From positions 94,627 through 158,626 of the forward strand of contig JAUXNJ010000019.1 in NCBI GenBank assembly GCA_030682795.1: a stretch of 64,000 nucleotides of DNA, given 5' to 3'. The position numbers and the translations under genes were made by a program. The notes beneath the pieces were generated by a model. It was not told where the DNA came from, made no database searches, and saw only the letters and a list, made by a program, of their open reading frames with translations. Position 1 is the stretch's first letter; every line of letters starts with the position of its first letter. This stretch comes from Sphingobacteriaceae bacterium (GTDB lineage Bacteria > Bacteroidota > Bacteroidia > UBA7662). Positions 30,635 through 40,143 of this stretch are shown here, one piece after another.

Positions 30635-31126
30635 TCAATAAGGATAGGCCGGCGCCACCAGCATGGTCCACCAGGCATACCACAGCACCATCCCCACCAG
30701 CAGCAAAACGGCATGGCGGGGAGCAAAACGGCTGGTGTAAAAGGCGGCTGTACCATCAGTCCAACGCAAGTTGGAGGCCCGGGCATGCAGGCGCACGAGC
30801 GGCACCAAACTCACAAAACTCAGCCACCAAAAGGGGTCGGGCAGAAAGCTCAGCAGCAGTCCCAGCACATACAACACATTCATGCTTTTTTGCTGGGGAT
30901 CGGCCTGGCCATCGAGGCGACTCATGCTCGCCGCCAGGTCGTGGAAAAAGAAGATGGAAAAAGCGGCCCGCACAATGGGGAGCACCGAACACTGCTCGCG
31001 CTGACCCAGGTAACGCCACATTTTGTACATAAACCAAAAGCTGTACAGCCCCATGGTGCCCACATTGAGCAAAATAAACAGGCCTTTCGAACTCAAACTC
31101 TCAGCTGGCGGGTTCACTTGACTCAT
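30635..31126 (-). CDS. Hypothetical membrane protein (DUF4234-like N-terminus)
   Basis: TMGLYSFWFMYKMW motif; several TMs; 4-nt overlap with the S10 gene. Confidence 0.55.
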   Translation of the reverse strand: MSQVNPPAESLSSKGLFILLNVGTMGLYSFWFMYKMWRYLGQREQCSVLPIVRAAFSIFFFHDLAASMSRLDGQADPQQKSMNVLYVLGLLLSFLPDPFWWLSFVSLVPLVRLHARASNLRWTDGTAAFYTSRFAPRHAVLLLVGMVLWYAWWTMLVAPAYPY

Positions 31127-32619
31127 TGCAAGGTTTGTTTGTAGAAGTCTTTTACATCCTTGGTAAAGGTCCGCAAATCGCGCTCGCGGCTGTACATCAT
31201 GTGGCCGCCTTCGTAATACTTCATTTGCAGGTTATTGCGCAATTCACCGCGTACAAACATATGGTCGAGGGTGTATTGGGTGGCGAAATAGGGCGTGGCC
31301 AAGTCGTAATATCCATTGCAAATGAGCACTTGCAGCGCAGGGTTTTTGTGGATGGCCGCCGCCAACACCGCTGAATTGTCGAGGTAGCGGTTGGTGGCCT
31401 CACCATAGTTCCAGGGCTGCACCTTGCCGGTGAGGATTTCGTACACCTGATCGGGGAAAGGATATTTGAGGGTGCTGCCCAGATGCTGGTTGATCGCCAT
31501 GGTGTAGCCGCCAAAAATGCTGCGATTGTAGCTCGGGTCGTACTCATAGCTGTCGCCGGCATCGAGGCGGTCGAGGCCCTTGATGGTGCCATCGAAGCGG
31601 CCCACCGTTTCACCGCGGTCGCGCAGCAGCTCTTTGGTAAACTCCGAGGTACTTATGCGGAAATGGTAGCCGCGTAAAAAACTGTCGCTGAGACCGAGGA
31701 GGGCTTGCATGCGGGCCGAAAGACTGCTCTTTTCAGCCTCCGTAAGGCGGTCGCCTTTGAGCAACGCCGAACTGTATTCGCCCAGCGCAAAGGCTTCGGC
31801 ATCGGCCAAAACGCTTTTGAGATTGGGATACTGGGTTTTATTAAGTTTGCCATGGTACCAAGCCGTGGCTGCAAAACTCGGCAAGTAGAGCGGATAGGGC
31901 AGGTCGTTGCCCGGTGCCGACCGCAAGGTTTGGAAATTGAGCACCGCCGACACCAGCACTATGCCGTTGAGGTACATGCCATGGCGGTCTTGCAGGTAAC
32001 CCGACAAGCCCGCGGCCCGCGTGGTGCCATAACTCTCTCCTGCCAAAAACTTGGGTGAGGCCCAGCGGCTGTTTACCGAGGTGTATTTGTAGATGAAGTC
32101 GCCCACCGAGCGTAAATCTTCGCTGTAGCCTGTAAACTCCTTTTTATCGGTGCCTTCGGCCGGCCTGCTGTAGCCTGTTTGCACCGGATCAATGAACACC
32201 AAATCGGTATGCTCAAGCCAAGTATATTCATTGTCTACCAATGCGTACGGCGGCTTCACCGACTCCCCATCGGCCGTCATGGGCAGGCGTTTGGGACCCA
32301 GCGCACCCATGTGCAGCCAAACCGAGCTCGAGCCCGGACCGCCATTGAAGGCAAAGGTAATCGGGCGCTTATCAGCTGTTTGCCCAGATCGCACATAAGC
32401 AATGTAAAAGATGTCGGCTATTTTTTCGCCTTTTTCGTTGAACTGCTCTTGGTGGCCGGCGGTGGCGCTGTAATTAACCACCTTGCCATTCAGTTGCATG
32501 CTGAGATTGGTGGTAACGGGCGCAGGCCAGTTAATCCCCGATTTGGTTTCTTTTTTCTCGCCTTGAGCGAAAGCGGTCGCAGCCGCAAGCATCAACAAAA
32601 GCAATAAACGCATTTTCAT
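31123..32619 (-). CDS. Peptidase S10 serine carboxypeptidase
   Basis: FNGGPGSSS, FIDPVQTGYS, GESYGTTR, GYYDLATP and GGHMMY motifs. Confidence 0.93.
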   Translation of the reverse strand: MKMRLLLLLMLAAATAFAQGEKKETKSGINWPAPVTTNLSMQLNGKVVNYSATAGHQEQFNEKGEKIADIFYIAYVRSGQTADKRPITFAFNGGPGSSSVWLHMGALGPKRLPMTADGESVKPPYALVDNEYTWLEHTDLVFIDPVQTGYSRPAEGTDKKEFTGYSEDLRSVGDFIYKYTSVNSRWASPKFLAGESYGTTRAAGLSGYLQDRHGMYLNGIVLVSAVLNFQTLRSAPGNDLPYPLYLPSFAATAWYHGKLNKTQYPNLKSVLADAEAFALGEYSSALLKGDRLTEAEKSSLSARMQALLGLSDSFLRGYHFRISTSEFTKELLRDRGETVGRFDGTIKGLDRLDAGDSYEYDPSYNRSIFGGYTMAINQHLGSTLKYPFPDQVYEILTGKVQPWNYGEATNRYLDNSAVLAAAIHKNPALQVLICNGYYDLATPYFATQYTLDHMFVRGELRNNLQMKYYEGGHMMYSRERDLRTFTKDVKDFYKQTLQ

Positions 32620-32784
32620 AAAGCTGTTTTAGGAGCACCAAAATAGGCCTTTCTCGGCAATAAGTGTAAAACGTTTGTGCAAATGCAGCCCGTTTTTTAC
32701 CTTTCGGTAATATACCAGCTGGTAATATCCGTTTTCCATCCGCACCCAAAAAGCACAGCAGGCCTTTTACCTAAAACCGAGCAT

Positions 32785-33087
32785 ATGCAACGCATCCAAT
32801 CTTTCCGTGAATTTTACCCCTACTACCTCAGCGAACACAGCAAAGCCACTACAAGGGCCTTGCATTATGTGGGGACTACGCTGTTTTTTGTATTGCTCAT
32901 TACCGGCATCCTGCGTGGACAATGGTATTATTTTGCCTTATTACCCGTGGTGGGCTACGGCTTCGCCTGGGCGGGTCATTTTTTCGTGGAGAAAAACAAA
33001 CCGGCTACGTTTCAGTACCCCTTGTGGAGCCTGGCCTCAGATTTTGTGATGTATTTTCAGTGGCTCAGCGGCCGACTGAAGCTTTAA
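32785..33087 (+). CDS. DUF962/Mpo1-like membrane protein
   Basis: FYPYYLSEH and GYGFAWAGHFFVEKNKPATFQYPLWSL motifs; start 32785. Confidence 0.85.
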   Translation: MQRIQSFREFYPYYLSEHSKATTRALHYVGTTLFFVLLITGILRGQWYYFALLPVVGYGFAWAGHFFVEKNKPATFQYPLWSLASDFVMYFQWLSGRLKL

Positions 33088-33594
33088 TCAGTCCTTTTTA
33101 GGCGCCTTAGGCTTCTTTGCCGCAGCGGCTTTCGCCGGCTTGGCTTCGGCCTCGGGTGCAGCTACTTTGGCGGCTGGCGCAGCTTCGGCGGCAGCTTCAG
33201 CTTCGGCAGCACTGAAATCGAGCATTGGCGCTAAAATCACATACCACTTCATGAGCTTGCGCATATCGCTTACATACACCTGCTCGCGATCGTAATTGGG
33301 CACCAAAGTTTCAAAGGTTTTGATGATGTCGGCATTGTCGGCTTTGGTCAAATCCATGCCCGACAAATCCACCTTTTCAGCCTTCATGCGCTTGAAGATG
33401 TCTTTGAGGGCTTCTTGCTCTTCACTGGTGTAAACACTGATGTCTTCCAAAGCAGCTACTTTGCTGGTGCCAGGGATGACGCTCCGCTTGGCAGTGCCAT
33501 CGAGGGCTTCTACAATAAAACCTCCTTTGGTGGTGCTGAGCACCTTGAACAAGCCTGGCTTGCCGGTAATGTTTACAATTCCTTTTAAATCCAT
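33088..33594 (-). CDS. DUF5606-family Bacteroidota protein
   Basis: ITGKPGLFK, LEDISVYT and PNYDREQVYVSDMRKLMKWY motifs. Confidence 0.8.
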   Translation of the reverse strand: MDLKGIVNITGKPGLFKVLSTTKGGFIVEALDGTAKRSVIPGTSKVAALEDISVYTSEEQEALKDIFKRMKAEKVDLSGMDLTKADNADIIKTFETLVPNYDREQVYVSDMRKLMKWYVILAPMLDFSAAEAEAAAEAAPAAKVAAPEAEAKPAKAAAAKKPKAPKKD

Positions 33595-33657
33595 CTTTCT
33601 TACTTAGCGGGCTGCTAATTTAGGGCGATTCCTCGAATAATCATAAAAAGCCAAGTA

Positions 33658-34017
33658 TCAGCGCTGCTTTTTATCGCGCAGGAGGTGCTCGTTGAACTGC
33701 TCCACCAGGTCGTAATACTTCTTGCGCCAGTGCTCGGCTTCGTGCAGGGCGGTGTTGAGGCTCTCTTGCAGACTGTTGAACTCACTTTCGCTCATGAAGC
33801 CGCCGCCATACTCCCGAATCTGCCTTTCTCCCAGCAATTCGCTGAAGGGATAGTTGAGCACCTGCCGCAATTGTTCCAGCACGGCGGTGTCGATACTCGG
33901 CTTTTCGAACAAGGCGTAAACGAAAGGCCTGCTGCGGCCTAAGCGCCGGGCAAGGTCACTTACCGAAATGCCGCGGTCGCTGACCACCGACTTCACTATC
34001 TCGCCTGCGTGTTTCAT
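33658..34017 (-). CDS. XRE/Cro-like HTH protein with coiled-coil C-terminus
   Basis: HAGEIVK..GISVSDLARRLGRSR..YALFEKPSID; WRKKYYDL. Confidence 0.75.
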   Translation of the reverse strand: MKHAGEIVKSVVSDRGISVSDLARRLGRSRPFVYALFEKPSIDTAVLEQLRQVLNYPFSELLGERQIREYGGGFMSESEFNSLQESLNTALHEAEHWRKKYYDLVEQFNEHLLRDKKQR

Positions 34018-34135
34018 TTTACAAAATTGACACCCAGACCGTCAGCATTATTTTACAAAACTGCTTGTGTTTGTTTACAGATTTGTATAAATTTGACTTA
34101 AGACTTTAGGAACCGGAATTCCTGTCGCAACAAAC

Positions 34136-34162
34136 AAAGGGCCCGCAAATGCAGGCCCTTTG
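34136..34162. terminator. Terminator hairpin after purF
   Basis: AAAGGGCC-CGCAAATGCA-GGCCCTTT. Confidence 0.65.
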
Positions 34163-34183
34163 TCGTTTAATACGCGTTCCTGT

Positions 34184-36082
34184 TTAATAAGAGCGCTGGT
34201 TGTTCTTCTCTATGTAATTGATAAAGGCGCGATTGACTACCCGATTGCCTCCTGGCGTTGGGTAATTGCCGCTGAAGTACCAGTCGCCATGATGCGCGGT
34301 TGCCAAGTGCAGGTTGTCGATGGTCTGAAACAGCACCTCCACCGGTACATTCAAGCCCTCCGGCGTTACCAGCTGTGCAATTTTGGCGCTGATTTCGGCC
34401 TCGGTAAACTGGTCGTAAATTTTCTTCACGTGATTTACCATTTGGTGCGGCTCGAGTTTCTCCTGGCTTTTGCATAGCAGGTACACATCGTTGATGAGGT
34501 TCCACTGCCCGCGCTCTTCGAGCATGGCGATGGCCGCGCGGAAGGCCACAAACTCGCCCATGCGGCTCATGTCGATGCCATAGCAGTCGGGGTAACGGAT
34601 TTGCGGCGCAGAGCTCACAATCACAATCTTTTTAGGCTTGAGGCGACTCAATATGGTGATGATGCTTTGCTTGAGCGTGGTACCGCGCACAATCGAATCG
34701 TCGATCACCACCAGGTTATCGCGGCCCGGAGCAAGGATGCCGTAGGTGGTATCGTACACGTGGGCCACGAGCTCGTCGCGCTGACTGTCGTTGGTAATGA
34801 AGGTCCGCAGCTTGGCGTCTTTAATGGCCGCCTTCTCTACCCGTGGGCGCAGTTGCAGCAGCCAGTGCAGACGTTCGGCATCGATGTTATTGCCCATTTT
34901 GGCAATTTCGGTGGCTTTGTATTGGTTCAGGTGGTCTTCCAAGCCCTTCACCATGCCATAAAAGGCGGTTTCGGCCGTATTGGGGATGTAACTGAACACA
35001 GTATTTTCGAGGTCTTGTGCTACACTCTTTAAAATACGCGGCACCAGCAATTCGCCGAGCTTTTTGCGCTCGTTGTAGATGGCGATGTCGTTGCCCCGCG
35101 AGAAATAAATGCGCTCAAAACTACATTGTGCCGGTTTTTGCGGCTCCAGGATCTCGTCCATGCTGATGCGGCCGTCCTTGCGGATGATGAGCGCATGCCC
35201 AGGTTTGATTTCCTGGATGTCGTCGATGGGCACATTAAAGGCGGTGAGGATGGCGGTGCGCTCTGAAGCTACCACGGCAATTTCTTCGTCGCGGTAAAAA
35301 TAGGCAGGACGAATGCCGTTCGGGTCGCGGAGTACAAAGGCGTCGCCGTGACCAAACAGCCCGGCCATGGCATAGCCGCCATCCCAGTATTTCGACGCCC
35401 TTTTGAGGATGCGCACAATGTCGAGTTCGCGGCCAATGCGCTCCTGCATTTCGAGCTTATCAACGCCCTGCGCACGGAAACGCGCTACCAGTTCGTCGTT
35501 TTCTTCGTCGAGGAAATGGCCAATTTTCTCCATCACCGTAACCGTATCGGCTTTTTCTTTGGGGTGCTGCCCCAATTCCACCAGCTGATTAAAGAGCTCC
35601 TCTACATTGGTCATGTTGAAGTTGCCCGCGACCACCAAATTCCGTGTTTTCCAATTGTTCTGGCGCAGAAAAGGGTGACAAGCTTCGATCGAATTTTTAC
35701 CGTGGGTGCCGTAACGGAGATGCCCCAGCAACAACTCGCCCATATACGGCAGCTCGCGTTGCATGCGGTTTACGTCGTCAAAAATGCTGGCATCAGCGGC
35801 TTTGGCTTCTTCAAAATTGGCGTAAATGCGACTAAAAATATCTTTGATGGGCTGGTTACTGATGCTGCGCACCCGGCTGATGTAGCGCTCACCCGGCGCC
35901 TGATCGAGTTTGATGCTGGCCAAACCCACCCCATCTTGCCCGCGGTTGTGCTGCTTTTCCATCAGCAAATACTGCTTGTTTAGGCCGTAGAGGGCTGTAC
36001 CATATTTTTCGTGGTAATAGGAGATTGGCTTCAGAAGCCGGAGAAGTGCGATTCCACACTCGTGTTTGATGCTGTCGCTCAT
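34184..36082 (-). CDS. purF: Amidophosphoribosyltransferase (Bacteroidota long type)
   Basis: HECG N-terminal nucleophile; QHNRGQDG, GHLRYGT, CSFERIYFSR, IDDSIVRGTT and YPDCYGID motifs. Confidence 0.92.
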   Translation of the reverse strand: MSDSIKHECGIALLRLLKPISYYHEKYGTALYGLNKQYLLMEKQHNRGQDGVGLASIKLDQAPGERYISRVRSISNQPIKDIFSRIYANFEEAKAADASIFDDVNRMQRELPYMGELLLGHLRYGTHGKNSIEACHPFLRQNNWKTRNLVVAGNFNMTNVEELFNQLVELGQHPKEKADTVTVMEKIGHFLDEENDELVARFRAQGVDKLEMQERIGRELDIVRILKRASKYWDGGYAMAGLFGHGDAFVLRDPNGIRPAYFYRDEEIAVVASERTAILTAFNVPIDDIQEIKPGHALIIRKDGRISMDEILEPQKPAQCSFERIYFSRGNDIAIYNERKKLGELLVPRILKSVAQDLENTVFSYIPNTAETAFYGMVKGLEDHLNQYKATEIAKMGNNIDAERLHWLLQLRPRVEKAAIKDAKLRTFITNDSQRDELVAHVYDTTYGILAPGRDNLVVIDDSIVRGTTLKQSIITILSRLKPKKIVIVSSAPQIRYPDCYGIDMSRMGEFVAFRAAIAMLEERGQWNLINDVYLLCKSQEKLEPHQMVNHVKKIYDQFTEAEISAKIAQLVTPEGLNVPVEVLFQTIDNLHLATAHHGDWYFSGNYPTPGGNRVVNRAFINYIEKNNQRSY

Positions 36083-36314
36083 GCCGGGTGGCCTGTTTTA
36101 AAGAAGAAATGCAAAGGTACGGATTTCCGCGGCGTGCAGGTAGTCCGATGCAAGGGAAACAGCAGAAGTTGGGCTTTCGTTCCCGCGGCGGGCTGGCAAT
36201 AAGCCGGGCCAGCATCCTCCCGCAGGCTCCCCCGCTGAAAAAGCCCAAGCAGCAGCAAGCATGTACCAATAATCAACCAACATTTTACGTTTCTATCCCT
36301 TAGCTTTGTGAGTG

Positions 36315-38573
36315 ATGATGAAAAAAGTTGTTTTAATGGGGCTCTGCTGGCTAGCTGCACTGCAAGTGGAGGCGCAGGTGCCGGTGGGACAATGGCGGGT
36401 GCATTTGCCGTATGCCTTTGCCACGAGTGTAGAAGTAACCCCTGAAATGGTGTATTGTGGCACCAAACAGGGCCTTTTTACTGTTGCTAGAAGCGATTTT
36501 GAGTTGCGTACCTTGTCGCGTATCAACGGACTTACCGACCAGGGCATCACCTACCTGCGTTACAGTGCCGACTACCAAACCCTCATCATCACCTATGAAT
36601 CGGGCAACATTGATTTGCTGCGCAACGGGCGTTTCACGCGCATCGACGCCATTGTACGGGCTAATTTGCCTGGCAGCAAACGCATCAACCATGTGCACTT
36701 AAAAGGGCGATTTGCCTATTTGAGTTGCGCTTTTGGCATTGTAGAGCTCGACTTACAACGTACTGAAATTCGTAATACCTTCATCATCGGTCCAGAAGGC
36801 AGTCGCCTGCCCGTAAGTGCCCTCACCGATGATGGGATAAACTTTTACGCGGCTACCGATAGTGGCATGTTTGTGGCAGCACTAAATGCGCCCAACCTCA
36901 GCAACTACGCCTTTTGGCAGCCAGAAGCCACTTTTAGAGGCACTAAACTCACCCACATCGACTATTTCGATAGTGCCGTGGTAAGCATCCAGGGCGATGA
37001 GTTGCTGCGTTACCGCAATGGTAGCTGGATTGGCCAGGTGCTGGATGCGGGCTTTCCCAATACCAGCTTGACTGTGCGCAACGGGCACCTACTGGTAACC
37101 AATGTGTTCCGTGTAAACGAGGTATTTGCCGATGAAACCTTCGCTGGTACCGCCTCCGACCCACGTATTCAAAATCCACGCCTCGCGGTGCGCTCCGGTA
37201 TTTTTACCTGGATGGCCGATGATGGCGGTGGTTTATTTCGCTATTTCGAGGGCATTGGAGAGCAACTCCTACCCAATGGTCCCTTAACCGAAAAAGCTGT
37301 GCACCTTTCGGCCGACCGCGCCGGGGTATTGGTGTCGGCAGGTGGCTTTAACTCGGTTTTGGCCAATCGCTACTCGCAGGAAGGGGCTTTTCAATTTCAA
37401 AACGAAAAATGGACCGTGCTCAACCGCAGCACCCTCTCGGCAAATAATAAGTTCTTCGACGTAATTCAGGCCAAATACGACCCCTTTACGCCAGGTTTAA
37501 AATACCTGTTACCTTGGGGAGGCGGCTTGGTGGCAGTGCGCGATACCAGCATCCAGGCCGTTTACACTCCCGTAAATTCAAGTTTAGAATATATTTCGGG
37601 CAGCATCGACCCCAATACCGGCATTGGCGATACCCGGGTGGGCGGCATCGACTTCGATGCGCAAGGCAATGTATGGATGAGCAATTACGGCGCCTCTCGT
37701 CCCATTTCAGTTTTGCGGCGTAATGGCAATTGGGAAAGCTTTTCACTCGGACCATTCAATGAGGTGATTGATATGTTGGTTGACAATGCTGGCAACAAAT
37801 GGGTGCGCTCACGCAGCGGTGGCGTGGTGGTTTTGGATCGGGAAAACAGTCGTTATGTGAACCCTAACACCGCCGAAGGCAGCGGCGGCTTGCCGAGTCC
37901 TATTGTAAATTGTATGGCCAAAGACAAAAGCGGGGCCATTTGGATAGGCACAGCGGAAGGTCCCATTGTGTTTTTCAATCCCAATATCGTTTTCCGCGAT
38001 CGTTACGACGGCCAGCGCATCCGCATCCAGCAAGAGCAATTTGTGGGTTTTTTATTGGGAAATGAAGTGGTTACTGCCATTGCCATAGATGGTGCCGACC
38101 GCAAATGGTTTGGTACCGCCAATGGGGTTTGGTTGTTTTCGGCCGATGGCACCACACAAATCCACCACTTCACTACCGAAAACAGTCCGATTTTATCAAA
38201 TGTAATTACGTCCCTCGCCATCCACCCAGTTACCGGAGAGGTGTTTATTGGCACCGACCGCGGGGTGATATCGTACCGAGGAACGGCCACAGAGGGGGCG
38301 GCAACGCATAGCGATGTCAAGGTTTTTCCCAATCCCGTACGGCCCGATTACGAGGGCCTGGTGTCGGTGAGTGGCTTGGTAACCAACAATTGGATAAAAA
38401 TTACCGATATCAGCGGCAATTTGGTGTACCAAACACGTGCCGATGGGGGACAAATCAGCTGGAATGGCCGGGATTTGAAGGGACAGCGGGTGGCGTCGGG
38501 CGTTTATTTGGTATTTTCGACTTCAGATTTTGGGGAGGAGACGGTGGCGGCGAAGGTGGTTTTTATACAATAG
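36315..38573 (+). CDS. porZ: T9SS component PorZ (beta-propellers plus CTD)
   Basis: VPVGQWRVHLPY N-terminus; DGADRKWFGT and TGEVFIGTDRG; CTD VFPNPVRP..WNGRDLKGQRVASGVYLV; followed by recO. Confidence 0.85.
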   Translation: MMKKVVLMGLCWLAALQVEAQVPVGQWRVHLPYAFATSVEVTPEMVYCGTKQGLFTVARSDFELRTLSRINGLTDQGITYLRYSADYQTLIITYESGNIDLLRNGRFTRIDAIVRANLPGSKRINHVHLKGRFAYLSCAFGIVELDLQRTEIRNTFIIGPEGSRLPVSALTDDGINFYAATDSGMFVAALNAPNLSNYAFWQPEATFRGTKLTHIDYFDSAVVSIQGDELLRYRNGSWIGQVLDAGFPNTSLTVRNGHLLVTNVFRVNEVFADETFAGTASDPRIQNPRLAVRSGIFTWMADDGGGLFRYFEGIGEQLLPNGPLTEKAVHLSADRAGVLVSAGGFNSVLANRYSQEGAFQFQNEKWTVLNRSTLSANNKFFDVIQAKYDPFTPGLKYLLPWGGGLVAVRDTSIQAVYTPVNSSLEYISGSIDPNTGIGDTRVGGIDFDAQGNVWMSNYGASRPISVLRRNGNWESFSLGPFNEVIDMLVDNAGNKWVRSRSGGVVVLDRENSRYVNPNTAEGSGGLPSPIVNCMAKDKSGAIWIGTAEGPIVFFNPNIVFRDRYDGQRIRIQQEQFVGFLLGNEVVTAIAIDGADRKWFGTANGVWLFSADGTTQIHHFTTENSPILSNVITSLAIHPVTGEVFIGTDRGVISYRGTATEGAATHSDVKVFPNPVRPDYEGLVSVSGLVTNNWIKITDISGNLVYQTRADGGQISWNGRDLKGQRVASGVYLVFSTSDFGEETVAAKVVFIQ

Positions 38574-38652
38574 ACCGCTCGCTGGCGCTCGCTTTACAGA
38601 CCGGTCGCTGGTGCTCCCTTTTCAGACATCAGACCGCTGCGCTTTTCAGATG
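38572..38652 (-). repeat. GGTCTG/tandem-GA hairpin array, copy 2
   Basis: 81 bp identical to 38915-38995; overlaps the porZ TAG. Confidence 0.9.
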
Positions 38653-38946
38653 GACTAGGCTCTTGCGTTTATTAGTAGGCGGTCCTTGAGTTCATCGAAG
38701 GGTGGTCCCTGAGTTCATCGAAAGGTTATCACAGAGGCCTGTTTTAAGGCTTTGTTTGGTTTTTAATGGCTATTGCCCGTTGAATGGGCTGTTAGGGTGC
38801 AGGTAGAGGCTGGAAGTAAGGAGGTTTCACCTTTCCTTGAATTAGGCTGGGCTCGGAGCAACACAGACGGCTGTTTGCACAGCCGGGTTTCAAAACAACG
38901 GCCTGCTATTTGAAAGACCGCTCGCTGGCGCTCGCTTTACAGACCG
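38572..38946 (-). repeat. ~380-bp composite non-coding repeat, copy A (inverted copy at 44520-44903)
   Basis: Reverse complement aligns with 44520-44903, e.g. TTTCAAATAGCAGGCCGTTGTTTTGAAACCCGGCTGTGC and GTCTGTGTTGCTCCGAGCCCAGCCTAATTCAAGGAAAGG are identical. Confidence 0.92.
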
Positions 38947-38995
38947 GTCGCTGGTGCTCCCTTTTCAGACATCAGACCGCTGCGCTTTTCAGATG
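38915..38995 (-). repeat. GGTCTG/tandem-GA hairpin array, copy 3
   Basis: Perfect 81-bp direct repeat of 38572-38652. Confidence 0.9.
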
Positions 38996-39153
38996 CAGAA
39001 GGCTCTTACGGTGAGGCATTTTGCGGCTGAATGGGCCTTTTTGGTTGATTTAGGATTGTTTTTTTAAAGCCAAATCGCCAATCATAAACCCCACTTCCCC
39101 TTTGAATTTTCAACTTTGAACCCCCCAGGTATTCTAAACCCTCTATGTAAATC

Positions 39154-39255
39154 CGCCAGAGCCTGCTCTATCTGAAAAGCGAGCGCCGCTCGCGGTCTGA
39201 TGTCTGAAAAGCCGGCGCAGCCGGCGGTCTGAAAAGTAAGCGCAGCGAACGGTCT
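39154..39255 (+). repeat. GGTCTG/tandem-GA hairpin array, copy 4
   Basis: CGCCAGAGCC leader; hairpins GCGAGCGCCGCTCGC, GCCGGCGCAGCCGGC and GTAAGCGCAGCGAAC with GGTCTG linkers. Confidence 0.85.
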
Positions 39256-39275
39256 TATCCGTAAATTCGCAACAA

Positions 39276-39992
39276 ATGCAACATAAACTCCGCGCCATTG
39301 TATTACGCAGCACGCCTTACAGCGACAGCAGTGTAATTGTGCGCATGTTTACCGACGAGCTGGGCATGCAGTCGTACCTCATCAATGGGGTGCGCAAAAA
39401 AAAGGCGAGCATCACCCCGGCCATGTTGCAGGCCCTGACTTTGGTAGAAATTGAGGCTTATCACAAAGAAAACAGCGGATTGCAGCGACTCAAAGAACTG
39501 CATGTGTACCCCGTTTTGGAGCAATTGCAGCTTTCGCCCCGGCACCATGTAGCCGCTACCGTGGTGGCCGAGTGTTTCAGCCGGGCCATTCGCGAGGAAA
39601 GCGCCCATGAAGAGCTGTTTCGCTGGATGCAGCGCCAAATTGTGGGACTTGATGCCAGCGATGCGCCCGGAGTAGAGGCCTTGGCCTTACTCACCCGCCT
39701 TACCCAATGGCTCGGCTTTCAGCCGCACAACGAGGCCTACAGCAAAGAAGCCTGGTTAAATCTGTCGGAAGGGGTGTTTGAAAACAGCCGCGACCACACC
39801 TCCACCTACGCCAATCCCCAAACCGCCCGACAGCTGGGGCATTTTTTGGCCACTGACGCCTTTGAACCCGCTAATTTACCCGGTAAACGCTACCTCGACG
39901 ACCTGCTGCGGCTGTATCAGTTGCACAGCGCTGGTTTTAGTCTGCCCCGCTCGCTCGACCTCTTCCGCGACATGGTACTCACAGACTTATAA
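39276..39992 (+). CDS. recO: DNA repair protein RecO
   Basis: AIVLRSTPYSDSSVIVRMFTDELGMQSYLINGVRK OB-fold; LTQWLGFQP; NLSEGVF. Confidence 0.88.
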   Translation: MQHKLRAIVLRSTPYSDSSVIVRMFTDELGMQSYLINGVRKKKASITPAMLQALTLVEIEAYHKENSGLQRLKELHVYPVLEQLQLSPRHHVAATVVAECFSRAIREESAHEELFRWMQRQIVGLDASDAPGVEALALLTRLTQWLGFQPHNEAYSKEAWLNLSEGVFENSRDHTSTYANPQTARQLGHFLATDAFEPANLPGKRYLDDLLRLYQLHSAGFSLPRSLDLFRDMVLTDL

Positions 39993-40143
39993 GCAAGGCT
40001 TTATGCATAGGCATATACCCAATGTACGTTACTTGTCAGCCTCCTTCCCTCCAAATAATACAAATTGTTAAAATTTCTTTAACTCCCCTCTCGTTATAGA
40101 CGATGCGCATTAAAATTGATACATTCGCTTTTTAACCCTGCCT

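Noticed and set aside
30521..31144. 207-aa plus-strand ORF, and similar overlapping ORFs such as 3623-4567, 18152-18841, 20305-21015 and 27583-28476
   Set aside because: Antisense or alternate-frame shadows of well-supported genes, with no motifs.
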